Shown here: piece after piece, positions 28,750 to 38,040 of the stretch
How the letters are laid out: each line of letters opens with the position of its first letter
Numbering within the stretch: the first letter of the stretch is position 1
Assembly: GCA_963676835.2 (NCBI GenBank)
Contig: CAXXFF010000003.1
Span: 96,001-160,000, forward strand
From: Marispirochaeta sp.
GTDB lineage: Bacteria > Spirochaetota > Spirochaetia > JC444 > Marispirochaetaceae
Direction of reading: 5' to 3'
Length of the DNA stretch: 64,000 nt
Program-made: the position numbers and the translations under genes
The notes under the pieces: generated by a model
The model's input: only the letters and a program-made list of their open reading frames with translations
Database searches by the model: none
Told to the model about the DNA's origin: nothing

Positions 28750-29799
28750 TTCCCGGCCGATAAGTTCATCAATCTCGGAGGAATGCTTCCCGAACAGTTT
28801 TCTCAGCTCAGCAGCAGAGTAATTGGTAACAATTTTGGCAATGTCATTAACAAGAACAACAGCACCGATTGAAAAATCACCTTCCACCGAGGTCACCCCT
28901 TTTGGAAGAAGACTTTTGTGCTTATGCAGAGCCGCGACAGCTCCGTCATCGATTGTAATAGTTCCTTCAGGCCTGCTGTTAATAATCCAGCGTCTGCGGT
29001 TCTTCATCCGCTCCCGTGCAAGAAAAAGGGTTCCAACCTTTTCACCGCGAACAATCCTGTCCAGCAGATTCTCACTTGAACCATCAGCAAGAACCACACG
29101 GCAGCCGGCACGGCGGGCAATCTTAACAGCTTCAAGTTTGGTCTTCATGCCGCCGGTGGAAAAGGTACTGCCCGCAGAACCGGCTGCAGCCATAATCTCC
29201 GGTGTCAGCTCATCAACAATATCCAAAGGCTTTGCATTTTTATCAGATCGTGGATCTGCATCATACAGAGCATCAATATCGGTCATCAGGATCAGAAGAT
29301 CTGCATCAATCTTGCTTGCAATAAGCGCACTTAAGCGATCGTTATCCCCGAAGGCATTACCGATCTCTTTTGTCGAAACACTGTCATTTTCATTGACTAT
29401 AGGCAGAACTCCAAGGGAAAGAAGGGTCTCAATGGAGTTTCTTAAGGTAAGATAGCTCTGCCGTTTATTGAGAACCTCCGCAGTAAGTAGAACCTGAGCG
29501 GTTTTAACGCCAAGGCCGGAAAAAATAGTGCGGTATTCCTGCATCAAAAGGGGCTGCCCTATTGCAGCACATGCCTGGCGCATGCTTATGCCGGTGACTT
29601 TTTCGGTAAGCCCAAGGTCTTTCGCCCCCATGCCGATTGCTCCGGAAGAGACCAGAATAACCTGATACCCTTTTGTTCGTAATGCTGTTATATCAGCAGA
29701 AACACGGGTGAGGAACTCTTTATTCACACCGTCCCGGGATGAGAGTAAATTGGTACCTATTTTTACAACAATCCGTTTTGCGCCGGAGAAATCACGCAT
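28699..29799 (-). CDS. proB: Glutamate 5-kinase with PUA domain
   Basis: IVVKIGT, VSSGAI, NENDSV, FGDNDRLSA, TGGMKTK; ATG at 29799. Confidence 0.96.
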   Translation of the reverse strand: MRDFSGAKRIVVKIGTNLLSSRDGVNKEFLTRVSADITALRTKGYQVILVSSGAIGMGAKDLGLTEKVTGISMRQACAAIGQPLLMQEYRTIFSGLGVKTAQVLLTAEVLNKRQSYLTLRNSIETLLSLGVLPIVNENDSVSTKEIGNAFGDNDRLSALIASKIDADLLILMTDIDALYDADPRSDKNAKPLDIVDELTPEIMAAAGSAGSTFSTGGMKTKLEAVKIARRAGCRVVLADGSSENLLDRIVRGEKVGTLFLARERMKNRRRWIINSRPEGTITIDDGAVAALHKHKSLLPKGVTSVEGDFSIGAVVLVNDIAKIVTNYSAAELRKLFGKHSSEIDELIGRESPGVIARPEETVFFDE

Positions 29800-31096
29800 T
29801 ACTCGTTCCCAGGGTCTTGTGGGTAAACTTCTTTTTCCCTGAGGCATAGTCAGCAACAATCTGGCCATGTCCGTAAAGCTTGTATTTATATGTCATAAGA
29901 CCATCAAGTCCCACAGGGCCGCGGGCATGGAGTTTTCCGGTACTTATTCCAACCTCTGCGCCGAAACCGTAGCGGAAACCATCGGAAAACCGGGTACTGC
30001 AGTTGTGAAAAACGTTCGCCGAATCTACACGGTTCATAAAGAACTCCGCAGCATTGCTGTCTTCTGTGATAATAGAATCGGTATGTCCGGAACCGTACCG
30101 GTTAATATGCGCTATGGCAGTATCTATTCCATCGACAACCTTGATTGAAACAACAAGATCCAGATATTCAGTTGCCCAATCATCATCACCGGCAGCTTCA
30201 ATCCCGGGAGCAAAGCTTAAAGTCTTTTCGCAGCCCTTTACGGTTACTCCGGAAGCTTCCAGTGATTTTACCAGAGGAGCCATAATGTTTTCAGCTGCAG
30301 ATTCGTCTATGAGGATTGTCTCTGTGGCATTACACACCGCCACATACTGAGCTTTACTGTCCACTGCGACAGTAACAGCCATTGCGGGATCTGCATTCTT
30401 GTGAATATAGGTATGACAAATTCCGTCGGCATGCCCCATTACAGGAATACGGCTGTTGTCCATAATATAGCGGACAAACTCGTTGGAACCCCTGGGAATA
30501 AGCAGATCGATCTCATTGTCCATGGCCAGCATCTCAGCCACTTCTTCCCGTGTCTCCACATTGAAAATCCACCCGGAAGGGATGCCATTAGCTGATGCAG
30601 CTTCATCTATAATGCGGGTTAGTGTCCTGTTGGTTTCGAAAGCTTCTTTACCGCCTTTAAGCAGTACAGCATTGCCGCTTTTCAGGCATAAAGTAGAGAT
30701 CTGTACCAGTGCATCAGGACGGGATTCAAAAATCATGCCGATAACACCGATAGGACAGCTTACCCGGTAAAGATTAAGACCATCATCAAGCTCTGTGGCG
30801 AGCTTAACCTCCCCTGAGGGGTCGTCAAGATCTATAAGGGTGTTTATTCCATCTATAACACCGTCAAGTTTACTTTGATCGAATTTCAGTCTTTTCAGCA
30901 GTGGTGCCGCAACACCGGACTCTTTTGCTGCCTGCAGATCCAGAGTATTGGCACGGAAAATTTCTTCTTTCTTTTCATTCAAGCCTGCAGCAACTGCCTT
31001 AAGGGCCTTGTTCTTGATACTGCCTTCGATGGAGGCCATCTCTATGGAAGCCTGTCTGGCTCCGCGGGCAGCTTCAAGGATGGACAAATTCTTCAT
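29792..31096 (-). CDS. proA: Gamma-glutamyl phosphate reductase
   Basis: IFESRPD, LLIPRGS, VCNATET, GSGHTD, GAEVGISTGKLHARGPVGL. Confidence 0.97.
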   Translation of the reverse strand: MKNLSILEAARGARQASIEMASIEGSIKNKALKAVAAGLNEKKEEIFRANTLDLQAAKESGVAAPLLKRLKFDQSKLDGVIDGINTLIDLDDPSGEVKLATELDDGLNLYRVSCPIGVIGMIFESRPDALVQISTLCLKSGNAVLLKGGKEAFETNRTLTRIIDEAASANGIPSGWIFNVETREEVAEMLAMDNEIDLLIPRGSNEFVRYIMDNSRIPVMGHADGICHTYIHKNADPAMAVTVAVDSKAQYVAVCNATETILIDESAAENIMAPLVKSLEASGVTVKGCEKTLSFAPGIEAAGDDDWATEYLDLVVSIKVVDGIDTAIAHINRYGSGHTDSIITEDSNAAEFFMNRVDSANVFHNCSTRFSDGFRYGFGAEVGISTGKLHARGPVGLDGLMTYKYKLYGHGQIVADYASGKKKFTHKTLGTSNA

Positions 31097-31125
31097 ACTG
31101 ATCACCTGTTATACTGTAAATGCTT

Positions 31126-31146
31126 CCGAAGGCGGCAGTCCTTCGG
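31126..31146 (-). other. Hairpin between the Lrp/AsnC gene and proA
   Basis: CCGAAGG-N7-CCTTCGG; no clear U-tract. Confidence 0.45.
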
Positions 31147-31153
31147 GTAAGTA

Positions 31154-31642
31154 TCAGGCGTACCCTATTATTCGATCCTTGTCTATAGGTATGTCCCTGT
31201 CGATAGGGCTGTCCAATGCGATGAGAGTTTCTGTAGACTGGATTTCCGGCATATTCTGAAGTTGTTCCGTAAGAAAGAAATGAAGACCCCGGGTATTTTT
31301 GGCAACAACCTTGGCGAAAAAATTATAAGCGCCGGTGGTGGAATGGACCTCTATAATCTCCTGAAAATCTTTCAGTTTCTCCACCACTACGCTGTAATCA
31401 CGGGCATTATGCAGATTTATACCCACAAAGGCACAAACCTCAAAACCGAGCTTCTGATAATCCATCAGAATCCTCGTTCCCCGTATAATTCCCATCTCTT
31501 TCAGTTTACTGTAACGGACATGAACAGTTCCTCCGGAAACTTCAAGATCCCGGGCAATCTCCTGAAAAGGGCGCCGGGCATCGCCCTGAAGAATTTTCAG
31601 AATTTTCAGATCCAGTTGATCAAGCTCATGATTGACTGCCAT
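31154..31642 (-). CDS. Lrp/AsnC family transcriptional regulator
   Basis: LDQLDLKILKILQGDAR, VSGGTVHVR, LKEMGII, TTGAYN; SD GGAGG. Confidence 0.95.
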   Translation of the reverse strand: MAVNHELDQLDLKILKILQGDARRPFQEIARDLEVSGGTVHVRYSKLKEMGIIRGTRILMDYQKLGFEVCAFVGINLHNARDYSVVVEKLKDFQEIIEVHSTTGAYNFFAKVVAKNTRGLHFFLTEQLQNMPEIQSTETLIALDSPIDRDIPIDKDRIIGYA

Positions 31643-31856
31643 GCCGCCTCCTAAAGACTGTTTAATAATTGGCAACGAATATTATGGGTAAGATATGCAA
31701 ATATTCAGATTTCTTCAAGTAAATATTTGTAATTTCACAATTCAAAAAGTACTTTCCTGCCAAAATAATAACAATAACACTCATATTTACCCAAAATGAA
31801 ACTTTACATTAATGAAACAATGAAGCAAAACCCCTTTTTCGCAGTTTATACCAGAT

Positions 31857-33419
31857 ATGAATACTGCAACAGACCAGCTGCCTGAAATTATAACAGAAAT
31901 AGCAGATACCATCTTCGGTATTAAAGTACTTCGTGATTACCAGAGGAGCACGATCATTGATATTTGCGAGTCATGTCTTAATACTACTGATGAAGCTGAT
32001 CAGGTCCGCCAGTCTCTTACGATTCTTCCTACCGGTGCAGGAAAATCACTCTGCTACATGCTGCCCTGCCACATAATAGACGGCTACACCCTGGTAATAT
32101 TCCCGCTGAATGCCCTCATCGCCGATCAGTATAAACGTTTTACTGCCGCAGGAATTACAACTGTGGTACTCCAGGGAGGCATGGACAGACATGCAAGAAG
32201 CCGTTTATTAAATCAACTCCGGGATCCTGCATCCCGGGATCATTACGGTGTTCAGGCGGTGCTGACCAACCCCGAAACCCTGCTTCAGAATGATGTAAAA
32301 AGCTTTCTACTGGACTTTCCTCCCGCACATGTGGTTATTGATGAAGCACATACATTTGCCGAATGGGGTAAAACCTTCAGGCCCGCATGCCTTGAGGCAG
32401 CAGACTTCCTGCAGAGTGTAGCCTGCAGACGTCTGAGTGCATTTACCGCCACAGCGTCTCCACCGCTTTTGAAAGAAATTAGCTCAATACTATTCCCGGA
32501 TAGTTCCTATAATCTTTTTACTAAAATCCCTGCGAAAGACAATATTGCCTTTTTCCTGTTTCCCAGCGGCAGCCGGGATGCTGATATTCTCCATTTTGTT
32601 CTCTCAACAGAAACAGGCAGACCGCTGATTATATTCTGTGCGACCAGAAGTGAAACTGAAAATACCGCAAGAATGCTGTGCAGCTATCTCGATCCAGCAC
32701 TTATCCGATTTTATCATGCGGGATTAACCAGGGAGGAAAAAATAACCACAGAGGACTGGTTTATGTCCGGAGGAGAAAAAATACTTGCATCCACCTGTGC
32801 TTTCGGTCTGGGAGTGGATGCAAAAGGGGTAAAAACTGTAATCCACCGGACCGCACCTGCTTCCGTGGAAGCCTATATTCAGGAAAGCGGCAGAGCCGGG
32901 AGAGACGGCAGTTTATGCAGGGCAATTCTACTGATTGGAACTGAAGATATAAACCTTTCAGAAAACTCAAAGATTGAATCCCGTCGAAAGCAGCTGATTG
33001 ATGCAGTTTCGCAAAGTGACAAATGCAGAAGGGTTTCGCTTATGGAGCTCTTTTCTCCGCACATGCAGCATAAAGAGTGTGGCATTTGTGATGTCTGTTC
33101 CCAACACCGATCAGAAATTCCATTGGGAATGCCGGAACTCGTCAGGCTTACATCGCTCTTTTTCGGGATGCTGCTTCCTTCAGAAGCTGCTGAATATATG
33201 AAACAATATCGAATACTTCCCGGACCACCTGAAAAGTACGACTTCCTGTCTGTTTTCAAATTCTGGGAATATGACTGGTGCCAGGAGCTTATCAGATCAG
33301 CAATCCGCCTCGATTATGTGAAACAGAGGGCTTCCTTTGGCAGAAGCGGCAGGCGTCTTTATTGTACCGCAAAAGGTGCGAAACTGTTGAAAAGAGAGGC
33401 ACCTGAAGGCTTCAGTTGA
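31857..33419 (+). CDS. RecQ family DNA helicase (short form)
   Basis: LPTGAGKSLCY, VIDEAH, TATA, YHAGL, AFGLGVD, QESGRAGRDG, Zn motif CRR...CGICDVC. Confidence 0.92.
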   Translation: MNTATDQLPEIITEIADTIFGIKVLRDYQRSTIIDICESCLNTTDEADQVRQSLTILPTGAGKSLCYMLPCHIIDGYTLVIFPLNALIADQYKRFTAAGITTVVLQGGMDRHARSRLLNQLRDPASRDHYGVQAVLTNPETLLQNDVKSFLLDFPPAHVVIDEAHTFAEWGKTFRPACLEAADFLQSVACRRLSAFTATASPPLLKEISSILFPDSSYNLFTKIPAKDNIAFFLFPSGSRDADILHFVLSTETGRPLIIFCATRSETENTARMLCSYLDPALIRFYHAGLTREEKITTEDWFMSGGEKILASTCAFGLGVDAKGVKTVIHRTAPASVEAYIQESGRAGRDGSLCRAILLIGTEDINLSENSKIESRRKQLIDAVSQSDKCRRVSLMELFSPHMQHKECGICDVCSQHRSEIPLGMPELVRLTSLFFGMLLPSEAAEYMKQYRILPGPPEKYDFLSVFKFWEYDWCQELIRSAIRLDYVKQRASFGRSGRRLYCTAKGAKLLKREAPEGFS

Positions 33420-33444
33420 GAGGCCTCGCATATTCTGCTACTAT
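33416..33444 (+). promoter_or_regulatory. Leaderless-type promoter for the MBL hydrolase
   Basis: TTGAGA-N17-TACTAT with TGn; ATG 7 nt downstream. Confidence 0.6.
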
Positions 33445-33451
33445 CCTGGCG

Positions 33452-34213
33452 ATGAAAGTAACATTTCTCGGTACAGGAACGTCTCACGGTATTCCGGTGG
33501 TCAGCTGTAATTGCAGTGTCTGCCGTTCAAACGACCCCAGGGATCAGCGAAGCAGAGCGTCCATATACATCAGGAACAGGGAAAAATCCCTGCTCATAGA
33601 TACCAGTACCGAATTCCGTATTCAAGCTGTGCGGGAAGGAATCTCGCAATTAGATGCAATTCTTTTTACCCACGCCCATGCTGACCATCTTCACGGACTT
33701 GATGACATCAGGCCCCTTACCATAAATCATCCTGTTCAGGCCTATGCTGCTGCAGATACTGCTGCTGACATACGAAAAAGGTTCGATTATATATTTAAAG
33801 ATACACAGAAAGGCGGCGGCAAGCCGAATCTTGTGCTTAATGAGATTACAGCACTTAAGTTTACCGCAGCAGGATTTTCTGTTGTCCCGGTGCCTCTGAT
33901 GCATGGAAACCTGCATATTTACGGATACCGCATAGGGAATTTAGCCTATCTTACCGACTGTTCAGAAATACCTGAAGCATCGTTTAAACTTCTTGAAGGG
34001 CTTGAAATTCTGATCCTGGGAGCCCTGCGGTACAAACCCCACCCGACCCATTTCTGTTTTGACCAGGCCATAGCTGCTGCTGCAAGAATCGGTGCGGAAA
34101 GAACATTTTTTACCCATCTTTGTCACGATGCATCCCACCGGGAGCTGTTAAACTATCTGCCAAAAAAAATAGAGCCCGCCTATGACGGACTCTATCTTGA
34201 TGTAAGGGTATAA
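33452..34213 (+). CDS. MBL-fold metallo-hydrolase, PhnP family
   Basis: FLGTGTSHGIP..CNCSVC, THAHADHLHG, AYLTD, THLCH. Confidence 0.92.
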   Translation: MKVTFLGTGTSHGIPVVSCNCSVCRSNDPRDQRSRASIYIRNREKSLLIDTSTEFRIQAVREGISQLDAILFTHAHADHLHGLDDIRPLTINHPVQAYAAADTAADIRKRFDYIFKDTQKGGGKPNLVLNEITALKFTAAGFSVVPVPLMHGNLHIYGYRIGNLAYLTDCSEIPEASFKLLEGLEILILGALRYKPHPTHFCFDQAIAAAARIGAERTFFTHLCHDASHRELLNYLPKKIEPAYDGLYLDVRV

Positions 34214-34245
34214 GAAGCAGAATATGCTTCTCCTGTTACTGACGG

Positions 34246-34434
34246 TTAAGCCTTAACGACCTTTCCGGAACGCAAGCAGCTGGTACATACACGGAGGCTT
34301 TTTTTGCTTCCTCCGACAAGGGCCTTAACCTTCACGATGTTTGGCTTCCATACACGACGAGTTTTGTTGTGTGCATGGCTCACGTTGTTGCCCGCAACAG
34401 TTCCTTTTCCGCAAATATCACATCTTCGGGCCAT
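34246..34434 (-). CDS. rpmB: 50S ribosomal protein L28
   Basis: [37 protein letters not shown]. Confidence 0.97.
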   Translation of the reverse strand: MARRCDICGKGTVAGNNVSHAHNKTRRVWKPNIVKVKALVGGSKKSLRVCTSCLRSGKVVKA

Positions 34435-34503
34435 TGTCTCCACCTCTGGTAAATGAAATAATGCGTTGCAATATACAGGAATACATACTCTTTGTAAAGT
34501 CCT

Positions 34504-37500
34504 TTAACTGCATCCGGTTGTCCCTCCACAGGTTTCACATTTAAGACATGTACCGTTGCGAACCAGGGTAAAGTGGCCGCAGGAAGGACAGGGATCGCCC
34601 TCGTATCCCCGGAAACGGGCTTCTATGGCTGCGCTGCTTTCGGTTACACCGGGAGCACTATCCTCATCCTTTTCTGAAGTGTTCTTTTCTGAAGGTCCGG
34701 TCTCTGTTGAATCCAGATCCGACGGTTTGATCTGGGCAAGATCAGTGCGATGCAGATAGGTCAAGGCAAGATCACGGAAGATAAAGTCCAGTACGGAGGT
34801 GGCCATTTTGATATTATCATGGCCCTGTACCATGCCGTTTGGTTCAAAGCGGGCAAAGGTAAAGGCGTCTACAAACTCTTTCAGCGGTACACCGTACTGC
34901 AGACCAAGGGATACAGCAATGGCGAAACTGTTCAGCAGAGACCGGAAGGCTGCACCTTCCTTATGCATATCGAGGAAAATTTCCCCCAGACTTCCATCGT
35001 TATAGTTGCCTGTTCTCAGGAACAGGCTGTGGCCGCCGATTTTTGCCTTCTGGGTATATCCTGAACGCCGGTTCGGCAGCAGCTGCCGGCCCTGAACCGG
35101 AGTGGAGCTGATCACCGGTTCCACTTTCGATGGCTTATTTTTCTCCCTGCTTATTCGGAGAATAGAATCAGCAACCTTATCCGCTCCGGGGGAAAGTGAG
35201 CTGAGGGGCTGACTGAGTTTTGATCCATCCCGATACAGTGCGATAGACTTCAAGGCCTTTTGCCAGGCCATGAGATGTGCTCCCCGGACATCTTCGATAG
35301 TAGCAGTTGCGGGCATGTTGATGGTCTTACTGATGGCACCGCTTACAAACGGCTGGACTGCAGCCATCATATCGATATGCGCCTCCCATGCAATCGCCCT
35401 GCGCCCTATTTTTCCTCCCGGAGAGGCTGTATCAAATACGGCAAGGTATTCATCTTTTAAACCGGGAGCGCCTTCCAGTGTCATTGTACCGCAAGCAAAA
35501 GCTTCTGCTTCTGCAATCTGTTCAGCGTTATAACCCAAATGGGCCAGCAGATCAAACCCGGGAAGGCTGTAGGTAGCTTCCGGTATTTTAAGGGTATCAG
35601 TATAAAATTCACCCCCAAGAATATATGGCTGAAAACATCCGTTTAAAGAAACTGAGGACTTCACCGCATTGTTGATTTTCTCAAGTTCCAGGTCACTGAA
35701 TCCCTTCTCTTTCAGATCGGCGGCGCTTATCCCGGGTGCACCTTCTAAAGTCCCATGGCCTAAACAGTAGGCAATTATCTCTTTTCTCTCACCCGCACCA
35801 TACCCAAGGGCTTTAAGGGCCGGTTCAATGGAGTGGTTGATAATCTTGAAATATCCGCCACCGGCAAGTTTTTTAAACTTTACCAGAGCGAAATCAGGTT
35901 CTATCCCGGTGGTATCGCAATCCATCAGAAGCCCGATTGTTCCAGTAGGAGCAATTGCCGAAACCTGGGCATTCCGGAAACCATTATTCTCACCAAGCTC
36001 GATTGCTTTATCCCAGCAGGCAACCGCTGCTTCCTGCAGATATGCGGGACACACAGCAGCATCGATACCCATGGGGTAAACTGACAGATCTTCATATTCT
36101 TCTCTTGCTGCATTAAGCGCTGCCCTGCGGTGGTTTCTTATAACCCGGAGCATTGCATCCCTGTTTTCGGGATACTTATTAAATGTCCCGGTCTCTCCCG
36201 CAAGTTCCGCAGAGAATGCGTAGGCTTCACCGCTGAGAATAGAGGAAAGACTCCCTGCTATCGCCCTTCCTTCGGCACTGTCATAGGCTTTTCCCATAAC
36301 CATAAGCAGAGTTCCAAGATTGGCATACCCAAGCCCCAGAGTACGATAGTCATAACTGAGACGGGCAACTTTTTCTGAAGGGAACTGGGCCATATAGACA
36401 GAAATTTCAAGTATCAGTGTCCACAGTCGTATGGCATGCCTGAATTCTTCTACCTTGAAACTGCCGTTTTTGGCATTATAAAACTTCATCAGGTTAAGAC
36501 TGGCAAGGTTGCAGGCGGTGTTATCGAGAAACATATATTCACTGCAGGGGTTGGATCCGCGAATCTCTCCCCCTTCCGGACAGGTGTGCCACTCATTTAT
36601 GGTGGAATGAAACTGAAGACCCGGATCCGCACACTTCCATGCCGCCCGGGCAATTTTGTCCCACAGCTGCCGGGCATCCACAGTCTGACGGGATGACCCA
36701 TCAGTTCGGGATGTCAACTCATATTCCGTCCCATCGAGAACGGCCTGCATAAAATCCCGGGTAAGGCGGACTGAGTTGTTTGAAGCCTGTCCGCTGACGG
36801 TGGTATAGGCTTCACCCTGCCAATCAGTATCATATACTTCAAAATCCGGAAGTACTCCCTCTTCCTGGGCCATTCGTATAAGTGGATAGATAAAAGGCTG
36901 GGGTACATCGTCATCAAGAGCGTCCCGTATAGCCCCGCGCAGTTTGCTGTTTTTATCAGGATCGGTACTGAGGGTTTTATCTCCGGAAAAATCCCGTACT
37001 GCTTCGAGCAGACTGGCTGCATGACGGGAAATCCGCCGGCTTCCAGCCACAAGACAGGCTACCTTGTACTCCTCCTTCATTTTCCAGTCGATAAAACCTT
37101 CAATGTCGGGATGATCTGCATCAAGGATGACCATCTTGGCTGCCCGCCGGGTGGTTCCACCGCTTTTAATTGCCGAGGCAGACCTGTCGGCTATTTTCAG
37201 AAAGGAGAGAAGACCGGAAGAGATGCCTCCCCCGCTTAACGGCTCACCTTCTGCACGTATTCGGCTGAAGTTGGATCCTGTGCCGGAGCCGTATTTAAAG
37301 AGCCTGGCTTCTCTGGTTACAAGATCAAGAATCCCCTCATCGCTTACAAGATTATCCTGAACATCCATAATAAAACATGCATGAGGCTGTGGCCGCTGAT
37401 AGGCGCTTTCCGATTTCTTTACCGAATCGGTTTCGGGATCTACAAAATAATGTCCCTGAGGCGGCCCTTCGATACCATACGAGTCAAAAAGGCCTGTATT

Positions 37501-37881
37501 AAACCACTGCGGCGAATTGGGTGCACCCATCTGCCTGGAGAGCATATAGCGGACTTCATCATAAAAGCCCTGGGCATCTTCTTCTGTATTAAAATATCCC
37601 GCTTTCTTTCCCCAGTTTCTCCAGGCACCGGCAAGACGGTCAAACACCTGGCGGGAATCGGATTCTCCTCCGTCCGGTGATTCGGGTACACCTGCTTTAC
37701 GGAAGTATTTCTGAGCCATGATATCTGTTGCAATCTGCGACCACTCTTCCGGCACTACAACATCTTTCTGCTGAAAGATTACACTTCCGTCGGGATTCCG
37801 TATTTCAGACTCCCTGGGCACCCATTTTATACCTGCATATGGATCTTTCGTCTTCTTGGTAAACAGACGCGGTATTCTCAC
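34504..37881 (-). CDS. nrdJ: Class II (adenosylcobalamin-dependent) ribonucleotide reductase
   Basis: APNSPQWFNTG, QPHACFI, GGTTRRAAKM, SNPCSEY, ACNLAS, IAPTGTIG, C-terminal Zn ribbon CPSCG...CETCG. Confidence 0.96.
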   Translation of the reverse strand: MRIPRLFTKKTKDPYAGIKWVPRESEIRNPDGSVIFQQKDVVVPEEWSQIATDIMAQKYFRKAGVPESPDGGESDSRQVFDRLAGAWRNWGKKAGYFNTEEDAQGFYDEVRYMLSRQMGAPNSPQWFNTGLFDSYGIEGPPQGHYFVDPETDSVKKSESAYQRPQPHACFIMDVQDNLVSDEGILDLVTREARLFKYGSGTGSNFSRIRAEGEPLSGGGISSGLLSFLKIADRSASAIKSGGTTRRAAKMVILDADHPDIEGFIDWKMKEEYKVACLVAGSRRISRHAASLLEAVRDFSGDKTLSTDPDKNSKLRGAIRDALDDDVPQPFIYPLIRMAQEEGVLPDFEVYDTDWQGEAYTTVSGQASNNSVRLTRDFMQAVLDGTEYELTSRTDGSSRQTVDARQLWDKIARAAWKCADPGLQFHSTINEWHTCPEGGEIRGSNPCSEYMFLDNTACNLASLNLMKFYNAKNGSFKVEEFRHAIRLWTLILEISVYMAQFPSEKVARLSYDYRTLGLGYANLGTLLMVMGKAYDSAEGRAIAGSLSSILSGEAYAFSAELAGETGTFNKYPENRDAMLRVIRNHRRAALNAAREEYEDLSVYPMGIDAAVCPAYLQEAAVACWDKAIELGENNGFRNAQVSAIAPTGTIGLLMDCDTTGIEPDFALVKFKKLAGGGYFKIINHSIEPALKALGYGAGERKEIIAYCLGHGTLEGAPGISAADLKEKGFSDLELEKINNAVKSSVSLNGCFQPYILGGEFYTDTLKIPEATYSLPGFDLLAHLGYNAEQIAEAEAFACGTMTLEGAPGLKDEYLAVFDTASPGGKIGRRAIAWEAHIDMMAAVQPFVSGAISKTINMPATATIEDVRGAHLMAWQKALKSIALYRDGSKLSQPLSSLSPGADKVADSILRISREKNKPSKVEPVISSTPVQGRQLLPNRRSGYTQKAKIGGHSLFLRTGNYNDGSLGEIFLDMHKEGAAFRSLLNSFAIAVSLGLQYGVPLKEFVDAFTFARFEPNGMVQGHDNIKMATSVLDFIFRDLALTYLHRTDLAQIKPSDLDSTETGPSEKNTSEKDEDSAPGVTESSAAIEARFRGYEGDPCPSCGHFTLVRNGTCLKCETCGGTTGCS

Positions 37882-37946
37882 ATTCCCCTCCCGGATATAA
37901 TTCTATTTAGTATTAATTATCAAAAATGATTTGATATCGTCCGGTT

Positions 37947-37975
37947 AAGATAGAGTAAAAGCTCCCGAAAAGCAA
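37947..37975 (-). promoter_or_regulatory. nrdJ promoter
   Basis: Minus strand TTGCTT-N17-TATCTT. Confidence 0.5.
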
Positions 37976-37982
37976 GAGAAAA

Positions 37983-38030
37983 ACGCCACATATAGCGGAT
38001 ATTTTTCTTTCCCGCCACCATATACAGGGG
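37983..38030. promoter_or_regulatory. Tandem NrdR boxes
   Basis: ACGCCACATATAGCGG (37983-98) and CCACCATATACAGGGG (38015-30) match acaCwAtATaTwGtgt; starts 32 bp apart, upstream of nrdJ. Confidence 0.8.
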
Positions 38031-38040
38031 ATTTATTGAA

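Noticed and set aside
28699..31096. proA upstream of proB (reverse of E. coli proBA)
   Set aside because: Order variant I recall from other spirochaetes; not novel
34504..37881. Large NrdJ might contain an intein or intron
   Set aside because: Single ORF, intact NPCSE and PTGT motifs, no splice-junction or LAGLIDADG motifs; length fits long class II enzymes
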